A stretch of DNA of 64,000 nucleotides from Eledone cirrhosa (Eukaryota), in contig OZ024741.1 of NCBI GenBank assembly GCA_964016885.1, positions 307,272,001 to 307,336,000 of the forward strand, in the 5' to 3' direction. The notes below the pieces were generated by a model. The model was not told the DNA's origin, made no database searches, and saw only the letters and a program-made list of their open reading frames with translations. Shown here in pieces: positions 34,052 through 50,395 of the stretch. A program made the translations under genes and the position numbers. Position 1 is the stretch's first letter. Each line of letters opens with the position of its first letter.

Positions 34052-36512
34052 AGATCAAAAGATGGTTAAAAGAGTTCCATGTATTTTATTATGCGCATTT
34101 CAAAAACAAATATCATCATGCAATAACATTTGTGTTTTCATCATATAAAATAGGAAGACATGATATGAAGGTTAAAGACACTTGTGGATAGTGCAGTTTT
34201 AAATCAACATATGAAAAGTAGTTTTAGATTGATGTGTGATATTGGGGAAAAAAAGATTTTTGAGGGGGGGGGGTGAAAAAGAGGAGGAGATGAGAGTAAA
34301 AAGTGGAGGGGAAGGAGTATAATGAGGAAGGATGAGATAGGAGGAGAGATGGGTGATAGAGAGAGAGAGCTTTTATAACTGAGAAAAGTGTATTGTTTTA
34401 CATAGAGAGGTTGACAAACCGTTGGAAGATAATGTATAAATTAAAAGAATTTGAAAATTAACGAAGAGAAAAATAATGTAAAGTTAAGGTTTGTATATTG
34501 AAGGGTTTAATAATATGTGCGATGAAAAGAAATTGTTAATATGTATTAAGAATAATATTTAAGGGTTTAATAATATGTACGATGGAAAGAAAATGTTAAT
34601 ATGTATTAAGAATAATATTTAAGGGTTTAATAATATGTGCGATGGAAAGAAAATGTTGATATGTATTATTAAAAAAACAAAAGTAATGTAAGTAACGATA
34701 TATTGTGAGATGAGCATGAATAAGTTAGATGAAAGTGAGAAAAAATAACGAATAGAGGATGAATAATCTAACGTCAAAAAAAAAAAAAAAAAATGTTTAT
34801 GTTTACGAAGGATTTTTTCAAGGTGATATAAAGTAAGAATATATTGTATTGTGTAATAATTATTTCTATGTTAGGCAGAGTGAGAAAGGGTACAGATGAG
34901 GGGTTAGAAATTAAAAGAAAAAGAAAAGAAAAGGAAAAGGAAGAAAGGGAAGTGATAAATAGGCGTGATATAACACGTGAGTAACAAGTATTATAAAATG
35001 TATAATAAATAACTTTGAAATAAGGTAGAAAGATGGGTATATTTTTAAAGAAGTATATATATAATGTGTGTGCCTTTGAGAAAAGGATTCTGAATTGATA
35101 AAGTTTAGCATATTAGCTGTATACTTTATGGAATGTTCTGTGGAATTTATGCAAGCAGAGAGAAAACAAGTCAGTGCGTCTATTTATTATAGAATCTAAA
35201 TTAGAGATAATGGTAATTTTTTCATTTAGACAGAGATTGCAAGTCTTGGATAGAGAACTGTTCAAGTCTGGAGAAGCAGAAGAAACCTTTTTCCAAGAGA
35301 AGTTATATTTAATATTTTTGTCTTTGTCTTTCAAGGACCATATGAGTTCTGAGAGAGCCGTGTTGGTTCTTTTAAGTTGGTATTTAAAAGACGAATGATG
35401 ATTATAAAGACGAGCTTTAAAGGAGGTGGAAGTGGAGCCAAAATAGGTGAAGGAATTGGTGTCAGTTATAACTTTACATTCGTAGATTAAGTTTTTATCA
35501 AGACAATGGTTGTTGAGAGGACATTTATTTTTAGCAGGGCAATTGCAATTGCGATTAGAGAGATTATTAACGAGTGACCTAGTGTATCTATAGAAGGAAT
35601 TGGATTGGAGAAGTTATTTGCGATAGGAATAATAGTTTCTTGGTTTAGAATGGGATTAAGAACATTTAGCGAAGTTGTGTTTGACGTATTTGGGTTTGCA
35701 GAAATTAGCCTAGAGTTTACAATGACGTCGGGAGTACTATTACTATTATTATGATATTCAATGTTGGAAGGAAGAGATTTAGTATTTAGTATTTTATTGT
35801 TGTGTTTAGAGATAATGTTGGAAATGTTGGAGGATGTTGAATAGGAAAATTTTATAGTGTGTTTGTTAAATATGTTACTATAGATATGTGAGGGAGGGAA
35901 GCATTTAATTAAGGCACTAAAGAATAATTTAGAAATATTATTATTAATAGAGATGGAGAAAGGAGCATTATACCAGATTATGTTTTTGTATCTAGGTCTT
36001 TTATTAAAGTTATTGGAATGATCATGATTAATTATACTGTAGGATCTTCTAGAATTTGTTTCTTTATTATATTTGATTTTATCAGGATAGCCGGCTTTAG
36101 AAAGCGCGTTATTATAGTAATTGGCGTTAGCATCAAAGATGTTTTTATTAGAAGATAGGTTAGATATTCTTTTTCCAATATTACTTACTATAGCATTCTT
36201 AATATTAGTAGGGTGGTTAGATTTAAAATTAACATAATTTAGGTTCTCATTGTTTTTATTGTAAGGGTAATATAGGCCAGTGTCAAGATTAAGAGATACA
36301 TCCAAGAAATTAGCTAGTTTGATGCTGTTATCAAATTCAATTTTTAGGTTATGTTGGTTAAAGAGATTACGTATATTGTTCTTAATAATATTAAGGTTAA
36401 CTATGTTGCAATTTAAGATAGTAAAGAGTCCATCGTCACGATAAATTCCATCGCGGGAGGCATAATTAATATAAGAGAGTGCCTCTCTTATATTAATTAT
36501 GCCTCCAACCAC
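34043..36512 (-). mobile_element. 5'-truncated PLE (RT C-terminal half + GIY-YIG, Hydra-like) with 3' UTR
   Basis: GIYRDDGL, NFLDVSLNL, SNHP, IIWYNAPFS, CNCNC...CPL, YFGST, CNLCLNEK; pseudo-LTR hammerhead at 34085-34150 with C3>A. Confidence 0.92.
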
Positions 36513-38470
36513 CCTAAGCAGACTCTCAACTCCATAGTCTATAGTATCTCACATAGAATCTCGAGACTATCCGCCAATGAGGATATCTTCAACCAAGCGG
36601 CTGATTACTACAATAGGGCCCTGATAAGCGCCGGCTTTAACCGAGGAATTTCCTACATCCCTAACGCTAGCTCTAAAAACCACCCCCCTCATAAAACTAA
36701 CGTTATAGTAAGCCATACCTATAACCGATCACGCGGCGACCTCGTTAAAGTCGGATATAATAGAATAGATAACCGCACCAAAGATCACGTCCCCGGCGAC
36801 GGTGAATACTGTAGATTACTCAAACTATTCCCCTATTACAAAACCAACAAAGGCGACGGCCTACTACCAACGCCTTCCAACCAACATCTTCGTGTACATA
36901 AACACGGAAGTGGTAGAAAGAGTGCACCCGAGCATAAAGTGAAAGGGGCACCGAACGGGCGACAGCGCATTAACACACATATGAGCGATCACTTAGATGG
37001 AACCACCCGTAGCAAAAGTACAAGGACACGTAATCGCCACCGTAACGTCCTATGGTTCCCCCCCCCCCTACTCTCGAAGTGTGGCTTCCAACATACCCCG
37101 GATATTCTTCGAAGCCTTAGAGAAGAACTTCCCACCCAACCATAGGTATAGAAAAATTCTTAATAGGAACAATATAAAAATATCCTTCTCTACTACTCCT
37201 AACCTAGCAGACATCATAGGAACAACGAACCACAGTAAGATCACCAAGACACAGCACCTCGACGCAGACGCACCTACACCTGACAATAACTGTATCGGCC
37301 TTAACAACTCCCTGACAGCATCCAATAGTGTTGGCAACGGCATCCGCAGACGCAACCAGAATGACCGCGAATGACTGGGGAGCATGCAAAACATGGCGTG
37401 CGGAATAACAATCGCACCATCCCGCGTGCTGTGGGCTGTAATTGTGCTAACGACAGCTGCGGTAGCGCAGCTAGCAACGTAGGCAGCAACAATGATAGCC
37501 TTATTGTGGGAAATAGACGGAACAGCGACAGAAATTGCAACTGCCGCGACAGAAGACGGTGCCCCCTTAGAGGATACTGCTTGACCGATAGGGTTATTTA
37601 TAGATGCACTATTACTAGCCACAATAGCGTTAAACATTATATAGGGGCCACCTCCGGCCCGTTCAAAATTAGGTTTCGAACACATCTCCACTCTTTCACA
37701 AATAGAAAACTAAGGCACTCCACCTCGCTCGCGGACTACATCACATCACCAAAGGACTTAAACATTAGCTTCTCCACGCACTGGGAGATTGTCGACAGGG
37801 CTGCACCGTACAACTTCAAGAGGAAATGCGATGTTTGCCTCATGGAGCTCTACCACATCATAACTGCACCCCACGAGCTCATCAACAGCAGAGCTGAAAC
37901 AGCGATAGGTTGTACACATCGCTTAAAAATATCCTTCTTTAGATGGGTTAAGAATGAAGAGTGAAATAGCACACTGGATCTCCCTGCAACAAGTCTTAAC
38001 ACCCGGCGGGCAAGCGCAGCAAAATAACACCCAGAAAACAATCCTTGCATACCAAAAATTATCCGGGAAGGACTGTCCTAACACCGGCCAAAGTTACCTC
38101 CCTTGACCTGCTGCAAAATCAAAACAAGATATTTTTGCGAGCAATGAATCTTGATGTGGATTTAACCCCCAAAACTCTTTCCGAACTATATAAGGAACAC
38201 TTGTGATTGTTTGTGCCCTTGAGAAGCCCAACTGGGCGAAACGTACGTAGGTGATATTTTAAATAAACATGTTTTAACGGTCTATTCTCCGATTTTTCAC
38301 TTTCCCACGTGCTTACGCTCTGCCAACTCTCTAGCCCACTAAATATTAACACTTCGAATATTTAATACTGCCGGCACTAGTATCGAGCACCTTTGGCATA
38401 CGCTACTTGGCAAATAACTATATGTATCACCTATCCTTCCTTTTTTTCTCTCTTTCTCGATACGTAAATA
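36510..38470 (+). mobile_element. 5'-truncated PLE (thumb, linker, GIY-YIG) of a different family
   Basis: HPKQTLNSIVYSISHRISRLS..., RNVLWFPPP, CNCRDRRRCPLRGYCL...YIGAT...CDVC. Confidence 0.9.
38215..38252 (+). ncRNA. Type-I hammerhead, U3-A8 variant
   Basis: TTGAGAA-GCCC aact GGGC-GAAA-CGTAC-GTA; palindrome ACGTACGT; weak stem I. Confidence 0.75.
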
Positions 38471-38496
38471 CTATATATCTCTCTATATATATATAG

Positions 38497-38592
<96 letters not shown>

Positions 38593-38759
38593 CTATATAT
38601 ATATATATCTATATATATATATATCTATCTATATATATATCTATATATATATATATCTATGTATCTATATATATAGATATCTATATATATATATATCTAT
38701 GTATCTATATATATAGATATCTATATATATATATATCTATGTATCTATATATATAGATA

Positions 38760-38822
<63 letters not shown>

Positions 38823-38849
38823 TGTATCTATATATATATATATCTATAT

Positions 38850-39610
38850 ATCACGGCCTTTTGGCAATACAGTTCGTCTCCGTTGATTTATTATTTTAAA
38901 TCGATATGGACAAACTGTAGTATAATAATTAGTATACTTCAATCTGGCTAAATTTTTCTTTCGCAATATATATACAGATGTGTTGGTATCTGTGTTTCAT
39001 CACATACATATTAATTTATACACTGCTCAGGGGATATTTTTCCTCATTCGAGCTGATTCCATTGTAAAAGAATTCATTACCTTATTAATTTTAACTGCTC
39101 CTAGTTTGAGCTGCAAGCCGCCTCATATATACGACTGTTATTTCTAGCAGTACGGTTATGAGACTAGTTAGATACTGTAAAGCCATGTGCGTCACGCAGT
39201 CTTTTAAATTATTTAGAAGTGAAGCATATCAATTTGTCTCTGGATGTTTACTGAGGAGAGCGGGACATGATATTCCTACACTTATTTAACTCGAAACATA
39301 TTTGGATCTTAAAGTCTAAACTTATCTACGGAACAGGTTTGATTTTGAAATTTAAATGTGTCTAAACATCACGGCCTTTTGGCAATACAGTTTGTCTCCG
39401 TTGATTTATTATTTTAAATCGATATGGACAAACTGTAGTATAATAATTAGTATACTTCAATCTGGCTAAATTTTTCTTTCGCAATATATATACAGATATG
39501 TTGGTATCTGTGTTTCATCACATACATATTAATTTATACACAGCTCAGGGGATATTTTTCCTCATTCGAGCTGATTCCATTGTAAAAGAATTCATTACCT
39601 TATTCATTTT
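38850..39610 (+). mobile_element. Non-coding ~519-bp unit in 1.5 tandem copies with a hammerhead (retrozyme-like or orphan pseudo-LTR)
   Basis: TCACGGCCTTTTGGCAATAC at 38851 and 39370; HHR at 39246-39321. Confidence 0.8.
39246..39321 (+). ncRNA. Type-I hammerhead ribozyme
   Basis: GTTTA-CTGAGGA-GAG...CTC-GAAA-C...GTC-TAAAC. Confidence 0.8.
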
Positions 39611-39664
39611 ATATCTATATATATGTGTATGTATCAATATATATATATATATCTATATATATAT

Positions 39665-39935
39665 GTGAGGAAGATGAAAGACCAAGGGAGCACACCCTCT
39701 CTGTGCTCCTGAGGAGAAGGGTTGCACACTTTTTTCGGGTGTGTGTGCGACCCCCCAAGGCGCCTCCTCCCTACTGAGGATTTTGTTATAAAATTTATTT
39801 TGTTATATTTTATTTTATTTTTATATTTTGTTATTGCCTCCTCCTTATTGAGGACGCCTTATATGTAAACTCCCCCCTTTGTACATGTCCCACTTTTTGA
39901 TGCCCTGGTGGCAAATAAAAAGAAAATTATCTATC
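39665..39935 (+). mobile_element. 3' UTR-only copy of the Tx1-like LINE
   Basis: Matches 32939-33218; ends AAAGAAATTATCTATCTATC. Confidence 0.9.
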
Positions 39936-39943
39936 TATCTATC

Positions 39944-40018
<75 letters not shown>

Positions 40019-40146
40019 ATATCTATATATATATGTATATCTATATCTATATCTATACATATATATCTATATATATATATCTATATCTATATCTATATAT
40101 ATATCTATATCTATATATATATATCTATATATATTAATATCTATCT

Positions 40147-40238
<92 letters not shown>

Positions 40239-40436
40239 TACTTCTCGCCTTCTTCACTACCTCTTCTGCGGCCTCGATATGAATACCCCCTCCGCCTCCG
40301 TGGTATTTTCTTCGTGGTTATAAGAGGCTTAGCTCTGTTTCTCGACCGTTATATCGCGTGACTATCTCCCCCTCCGCCTTTTGGGATTCTTTCTCACGTC
40401 GTGTAGACGCGTTCTTGAGACTAGTAAAATGAGGTA

Positions 40437-40524
40437 TCCTCTTGATAAGTCGGCAGACCTCGCAAGGACTCTATATCTTTGATATATTGTTTTTGTTTAT
40501 GCCACGAAACTACGTAGTCGAGGA
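40437..40524 (+). ncRNA. Type-I hammerhead, U3-A8 variant, in a solo non-coding island (~40238-40760)
   Basis: TCCTC-TTGATAA-GTcGGCA...TGCCAC-GAAA-CTACGTA-GTC-GAGGA; palindrome ACTACGTAGT. Confidence 0.82.
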
Positions 40525-40758
40525 ATTTAGGAACAGTTTAGGTATGATACATTTTATTACTAATTATATCTAAATGTTTCTTCTCTCTTCATAATGTATT
40601 TTTAACTCTGATACTGGTTCAGTCCGGTTCAAACTGAATTGGTCTGTCCCAGTCATTCATTGAGCAACATCGGTGAAGTTGGCACCGTTAACTCACAGTT
40701 GGGTGCGGATGCATTCATGTATATATGTGTGTGTCCGCATGTATCTGTGTGATTCTAA

Positions 40759-40848
<90 letters not shown>

Positions 40849-40853
40849 ATATA

Positions 40854-40885
<32 letters not shown>

Positions 40886-41051
40886 AGTTGTAATATAATG
40901 AAACGAAATTTCATTTCTCACTCTTAGTACGGCACTTACTTAACACCGTATGGCATAAATCAGGCTGTTCGCTTGTTTACAAACGGACAAAGCGGGCGTT
41001 ATAACAAACGTTCCCTAAACTGATACGTACATATATATATATGTGTACCTG

Positions 41052-41127
<76 letters not shown>

Positions 41128-41363
41128 TGCTACTGTACGTCGGTATACATATATGTGTGTACGTATACATACATACTTACATTTAAGTAAGTGCCGTACT
41201 AAGAGTGAGAAATGAAATTTCGTTTCATTATATTACAACTTATCGTTTTCGGTACGCCTGGCCGACTGAACTCACTCGATATGCAAATTAGGCTGCTCAG
41301 CCGTTAATTTTCATAAGGAAAGTATATACTTTCGAACGTTCAACTATCTGGCAGAAGGGTATA

Positions 41364-41404
41364 CGGTGCTGATGATAGCTAACAAGCTTGAAACTAGTAC
41401 ATCG
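41364..41404 (+). ncRNA. Type-I hammerhead ribozyme
   Basis: CGGTG-CTGATGA-tAGCT aaca AGCTt-GAAA-CTA-GTA-CATCG; palindrome ACTAGT. Confidence 0.85.
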
Positions 41405-41558
41405 TTCCTGTGTCAGTGTTGAACAAAAAGGTGACGTGGTTGCCTTAACACCGTATGGCATAAATCAGGCTGTTCGCTTGTTTACAAACGGACAAAGCGG
41501 GCGTTATAATAAACGTTCGCTAAACTGATACGTACATATATATGTGTACCTGTATGTA

Positions 41559-41614
<56 letters not shown>

Positions 41615-41850
41615 TGCTACTGTACGTCTGTATACATATATGTGTGTACGTATACATACATACTTACATTTAAGTAAGTGCCGTACTAAGAGTGAGAAAT
41701 GAAATTTCGTTTCATTATATTACAACTTATCGTTTTCGGTACGCCTGGCCGACTGAACTCACTCGATATGCAAATTAGGCTGCTCAGCCGTTAATTTTCA
41801 TAAGGAAAGTATATACTTTAGTACGTTCAACTATCTGGCAGAAGGGTATA

Positions 41851-41891
41851 CGGTACTGATGATAGCTAACAAGCTTGAAACTAGTACAACG
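41851..41891 (+). ncRNA. Type-I hammerhead ribozyme, second unit, stem I weakened
   Basis: Same core; CGGTA/CAACG stem I has mismatches. Confidence 0.75.
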
Positions 41892-42057
41892 TTCCTGTGT
41901 CAGTGTTGAACAAAAAGGTGACGTGGTTGCCTTAACACCGTATGGCATAAATCAGGCTGTTCGCTTGTTTACAAACGGACAAAGCGGTCGTTATAATAAA
42001 CGTTCGCTAAACTGATACGCACATATATATATATGTGTACCTGTATGTATATATGTG

Positions 42058-42101
<44 letters not shown>

Positions 42102-42257
42102 TGCTACTGTACGTCTGTATACATATGTGTGTGTACGTATACATACACACTTATATCTATATATATATGTGTATGTATCTATATATATATGTATGTATCT
42201 ATATATATATATATATATATCTATCTATCTATCTATATATATATATATATATATATC

Positions 42258-42288
<31 letters not shown>

Positions 42289-42327
42289 GTATCTCTATAT
42301 ATATATGTATATATATATATGTATCTA

Positions 42328-43827
<1,500 letters not shown>

Positions 43828-43830
<3 letters not shown>

Positions 43831-44085
43831 ATTAATAAAAATAATGAATAAACAAAGAAACAGTTCCTTATATTAAAAAATTCATCATTTTACGATCGTT
43901 TCTAGGATATATATGTTAGTGTTGGTATGCATATCATATAGATCTACGTAAAATTTTTATAAACTATCAGAAGGAATATACATACCTACACATATATATG
44001 CTGTCTTCAGAAACGATCGTAAAATGATTAATTATTTAATATAAGGAATTGTTTCTTTGTTTATTCATTATTTTTATTAATTTAT
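43828..44085 (-). mobile_element. Fold-back pseudo-LTR fragment with long-stem-II hammerhead (43887-44014)
   Basis: Minus: CTGAAGA...~105 nt...GAAA-CGATC-GTA; arms 43828-43903 and 44009-44085; homologous to 59990-60204. Confidence 0.8.
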
Positions 44086-44092
44086 ATATATA

Positions 44093-44141
<49 letters not shown>

Positions 44142-44182
44142 TTATATATATATATATGTATTTATATATATATATGTATCTA

Positions 44183-44222
<40 letters not shown>

Positions 44223-44336
44223 TATAGATATATATATACATAAAAAATTTTTAAATACATCTCTTTTCATGATATTCGGATTACATTGAGTTCTTCATAC
44301 GGATTGGACACTACCGTACATTTTGGTAGATTTATC

Positions 44337-44368
<32 letters not shown>

Positions 44369-44482
44369 TATAACTATATATATATCTATATAATGTAGGA
44401 GGTGAGTTTTATTGTAGTACAATAAAGCAATGCAGATATCTGATAAGAAGCACTCTACAGTTTGTAGGACTGGAGTATACAT

Positions 44483-44647
44483 AATATAAGATCAAAAGAT
44501 GGTTAAAGGAGTTCCATGTATTTTATTATGCGCATTTCAAAAACAAACATCATCATGCAATAATATTTGTGTTTTCATCAGATAAAACAGGAGAACATGA
44601 TATGAAGGCTAAAAAACACTTGTGGATAGTGCAGTTTTAAATCAACA

Positions 44648-44678
<31 letters not shown>

Positions 44679-45267
44679 GTATATATACATATATACATAT
44701 ATACATACATATATATATATATATATATGAAAGAGATAGTTTTTATAACTGAGAGGAGATATATTGTTTTACATAGAGAGGTTGAAAACCGTTGGAAGAT
44801 AATGTATAAATTTAAAAAAAAAAAAAAAAAATTTGAAAATTAACGAAAGGAGGATATGTGCGAGGAAAAAGTATTTTATTTTCAAATTTTTTTTTTTTTT
44901 TTTTAAATTTATACATTATCTTCCAACGGTTTTCAACCTCTCTATGTAAAACAATATATCTCCTCTCAGTTATAAAAACTATCTCTTTCTCTCTATCACC
45001 CATCTCTCCCTCTCATCTCCTCCCCTTTTACATCCTTTCCACCACCCCCCTCTCTAAATAAAATATTTTTCCCAATATCACACATCAATCTAAAACCACT
45101 TTTCATATGTTGATTTAAAACTGCACTATCCACAAGTGTTTTTTAGCCTTCATATCATGTTCTCCTGTTTTATCTGATGAAAACACAAATATTATTGCAT
45201 GATGATGTTTGGTTTTTGAAATGCGCATAATAAAATAAATGGTACTCCTTTAACCATCTTTTGATCT

Positions 45268-45278
<11 letters not shown>
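44483..45278. mobile_element. Inverted pair of pseudo-LTR/3' UTR ends of the 34-kb PLE family, hammerheads at 44521-44588 (-) and 45168-45235 (+)
   Basis: TTTAT-CTGATGA-AAACACAAAT...GTTTTT-GAAA-TGCGC-ATA-ATAAA; central spacer ~44843-44879. Confidence 0.88.
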
Positions 45279-45324
<46 letters not shown>

Positions 45325-45568
45325 TATATATATACTAGTAAATTATCTAACTTTTAACCTTCAATCCCTGACTCTCAGGCCGTTTTCAAATTCTCTTAAC
45401 TCCCCATAACCCATCCCTTTTACAATTCCGACAACTAATATAAAAGAGCCCCCTTAGAATATAGACCCCAAATATACAAGCGGAGCTGCTGATGTATACC
45501 ACAATTTCAAACTGCTAGTCTTAAGTGATACGTTGATGTAAATAATGAACTTACAATCACATGTTATA

Positions 45569-45615
45569 TGCCTTGAAAAGTCACACCATATGGTCGGACG
45601 AAACGGCTGTCGGCA
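45569..45615 (+). ncRNA. Type-I hammerhead, U3-A8 variant, in a solo island (~45335-45770)
   Basis: TGCC-TTGAAAA-GTC...GAC-GAAA-CGGCT-GTC-GGCA, then ATAAA. Confidence 0.85.
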
Positions 45616-45960
45616 ATAAACTTGTTATAATGTCATAATAGTTCCTTTGTTCTTTTCCATTAATATTTCTGCTCTGCTTATACGCATAGAGCTTAACTAG
45701 CTACCGTCGCATATTTGGTAGGTCAGACGTGATCATCGCGATTCACATACGACCTACCATACATCTTGCTTATATATATATATATATATATACATACATA
45801 TATATATACATATATATATATATAGATAGATTTATTTATATATATATATATATATAGATATATATAGATATATAGATATATATATAGATACATATATATA
45901 TATGTATGTATCTATATATATATATGTATCTATATCTCTCTCTCTCTCTCTCTATATATA

Positions 45961-46021
<61 letters not shown>

Positions 46022-46469
46022 GTGTATGTATATATATATATGTATATATATATATGCATCTATATATATATATATCTATATATATATCTATATATATATA
46101 TCTATCTATATCTATATATGTATACATATATATCCATATATATATATATGTATATATATAGATATGTATATATCTATATATATATGTATATATCTCTCTC
46201 TCTCTATATATATATGTATATATCTATATATATGTATATATATATATATATATATGTATACAGTATTTTCCGTAGTGTTGTAACAGGTTCTCAATAAAAT
46301 TATTCTGATGAAATGACAGTTGATAATAACATTGAAATATTGAATGTCTACATAACTAATACTTTGTATATAGCAGCTGTTTTCAGGTTATGTAGCTGTT
46401 ATTGAAACACGTGTAAATAAATTCCTTTTAACTGAACTGTATCCATTTAAATCCTTCTATATATATATG

Positions 46470-46542
<73 letters not shown>

Positions 46543-46566
46543 GTATATATATATGTATATATATAC

Positions 46567-46617
<51 letters not shown>

Positions 46618-46749
46618 CGTATACATATATATATAGATATATACATATATATATATACCTGGAGTTGCGACCGATAGATAGCATTAGCAATTGGAAAGAC
46701 CAACGGAAACATTGTCCCCTCGGTCCGATTTGACGAAAGTCGATCGTTC

Positions 46750-46841
<92 letters not shown>

Positions 46842-46842
46842 T

Positions 46843-47040
46843 ATCAGAGCAAACAACACGGACGCTCTATCTCAAAATTATTTTTGAAAAGCATTTAGAA
46901 ATGCGCAACCGGTAAAAGTTTAAAAACTTAAAACCACAACTGAATACTAACCCATACGATTACTAATACTCTTTTATTCCTAATTAAACTATTTTTCAAC
47001 TGTGAACAATTTGTCAACATTTTCTATTCCGTTTACCAAT
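46843..47040 (+). mobile_element. Family G solo copy with GCAA-variant hammerhead
   Basis: Matches 9070-9254. Confidence 0.85.
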
Positions 47041-47065
47041 ATATATATGTATATATATATATATA

Positions 47066-47852
47066 ATCACATATATTTTTATTGTTTCACCCGAATTACT
47101 TCATCGTTTCTTTGGCTGTGCGGCTGTTTGTTTAACCATCTTGTCAGTGTGTTTGGCGTTTAACGTATGTTGTAGCTCTGATTCATCTGAACCATCAAGC
47201 GCTTGCCACACATCTCGGAAGTTGTTTTTCGTTAATTCCTAAGCCGAAATACGATTCTCGCCAATATATATTTGTAATAATCTCCAGAGTCTAGCTATTG
47301 ACCAGTTAATTTTCTTGATTTTTTTTAGTTGATTATATTGACTGATGAATACTTTGTTAACTTAAACCATTCTGTCGAGAGCTTTATTCGATTTGTGATG
47401 TTTTGCATTCTTGCAATATTATACACAACTGAATTCATTCGCCTAAAATAAGTGTTGCCTCCCTTGTTGAACTCCACGTGAGGTCGGTAATAGTCACACT
47501 TTGAATGAGCAATTGAACAAAAACCTGTTGATAAAGTGGCTTCCTTGTTCAATCATCTTACCAGAAGCCTAACATTTTTTTATGTAAGCGGACAGTACTT
47601 GATTTAGGAGTCGCAGAAACCCAAATACTGGATTTTACCAACATTTTCAATAACATATATTTTTATTGTTTGACCCGAATTACTTGGTCGTTTCTTTGGC
47701 TCTGCGGATGTTTGTTTAACCATCGTCTCAGTGTGTTTGGCCTTTAACGTATGTTGTAGCTCTGATTCATCTGATCATCGAGCGCTTGCCACACATTTCG
47801 CAAGTTGTTTTTCGTTAATTCCTAAGCCGAAATACGATTCTCGCTAATTTAT
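47066..47852 (+). repeat. Non-coding ~586-bp unit with partial tandem duplication
   Basis: CATATATTTTTATTGTTT.ACCCGAATTACTT at ~47070 and ~47656; no clear hammerhead found. Confidence 0.8.
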
Positions 47853-47913
47853 ATTTGTATATATGTATATATATATATGTATGTATACGTATATATGTAC
47901 ATATATATATATG

Positions 47914-47962
<49 letters not shown>

Positions 47963-47997
47963 GTATATATATATATATGTATATATATATCTATATG

Positions 47998-48070
<73 letters not shown>

Positions 48071-48209
48071 GTATATATGTATATATATAGGTATATATAT
48101 ATATGTATATATATATATGTATATATATATATATGTATATATATAAGTATATATGTATATATATAGGTATATATATATATGTGTATATATATATGTGTAT
48201 ATAAATACG

Positions 48210-48244
<35 letters not shown>

Positions 48245-48245
48245 C

Positions 48246-48871
<626 letters not shown>

Positions 48872-48872
48872 G

Positions 48873-48975
48873 TATCATCATCATCATCATCATCGATTAA
48901 AGGCCATCTTCCACGCTTGCATGGGTTTGGACGGGAGTTTTCCCACTTGAAGCAACATTGGTTATCCTGCTCGTA
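48873..48975 (-). mobile_element. RTE-family 3' end fragment with (GAT)n tail
   Basis: Reverse complement resembles 4680-4784. Confidence 0.8.
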
Positions 48976-49091
48976 TATATATATATATGTATATATATAT
49001 GTATATATATAATATAATTTAGAGTTTACACTCATTGGGGTCATTTACAATTATTTCAGGTCTAAAAGACATTTCTGAGCAGTATAAATTA

Positions 49092-49177
49092 TGTATATAT
49101 ATATTTGTATATATATATGTATATATATATATGTATATATATATGTATATAAATATATGTATATATATATGTATATA

Positions 49178-49218
<41 letters not shown>

Positions 49219-49243
49219 ATATATATATATGTATATGTACATG

Positions 49244-49276
<33 letters not shown>

Positions 49277-49343
49277 GTATATATAAATGTATATATATAT
49301 GTATATATATAAGTATATATATATATATATATGTATATATATG

Positions 49344-49374
<31 letters not shown>

Positions 49375-49475
49375 GTATAAATATATGTATGTATATATAT
49401 GTATATATATATGTATATATATGTATATATATATGTATATACATATGTATATATATATATATGTATATATATATG

Positions 49476-49546
<71 letters not shown>

Positions 49547-49786
49547 GTATATGTATGTATATATATATGTATATATATATGTATATATATATATGTATAT
49601 ATATGTATATATATATATATATGTATATATATATGTGTATATATATGTATATATATGTATATATATGTATATATATGTATATATATGTATATATATATGT
49701 ATATATATGTATATATATATGTATATATATATGTATATATATGTATATATATATATGTATATATATATATGTATATATATGTATAC

Positions 49787-49818
<32 letters not shown>

Positions 49819-50074
49819 GTATATATATATGTATATATATATATGTATATATATGTATATATGTATATATATATATGTATATATATATGTATATATATAT
49901 ATAAGTATATATATGTATATATATATTTATATATATATATATGTATATATATGTATATATATATATATATGTATATGTATATATATGTATATATATGTAT
50001 ATATAATATATATGTATCTATATATATGTATATATCTATATATCTACATATATATATGTATATATATATCTATC

Positions 50075-50141
<67 letters not shown>

Positions 50142-50208
50142 GTATATATCTCTATATATATATATATGTATATATATATAAATATGTATATATATATATG
50201 TATATATC

Positions 50209-50243
<35 letters not shown>

Positions 50244-50304
50244 GTATATATCTATATATATATATATATGTATATATCTATATATATATATATATATATA
50301 TATA

Positions 50305-50378
<74 letters not shown>

Positions 50379-50395
50379 AATCTATATATAGATAG
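49092..50395. repeat. Long (TA)n tract, TATG-rich then TATC-rich
   Basis: Direct reading. Confidence 0.99.

Larger units (their letters stand above)
40884..42150 (+). mobile_element. Retrozyme-like array: ~487-bp non-coding units (~2.5 copies) with an inverted 5' segment
   Basis: HHR cores at 41369 and 41856; 40884-40942 is an inverted copy of ~41183-41243. Confidence 0.85.
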
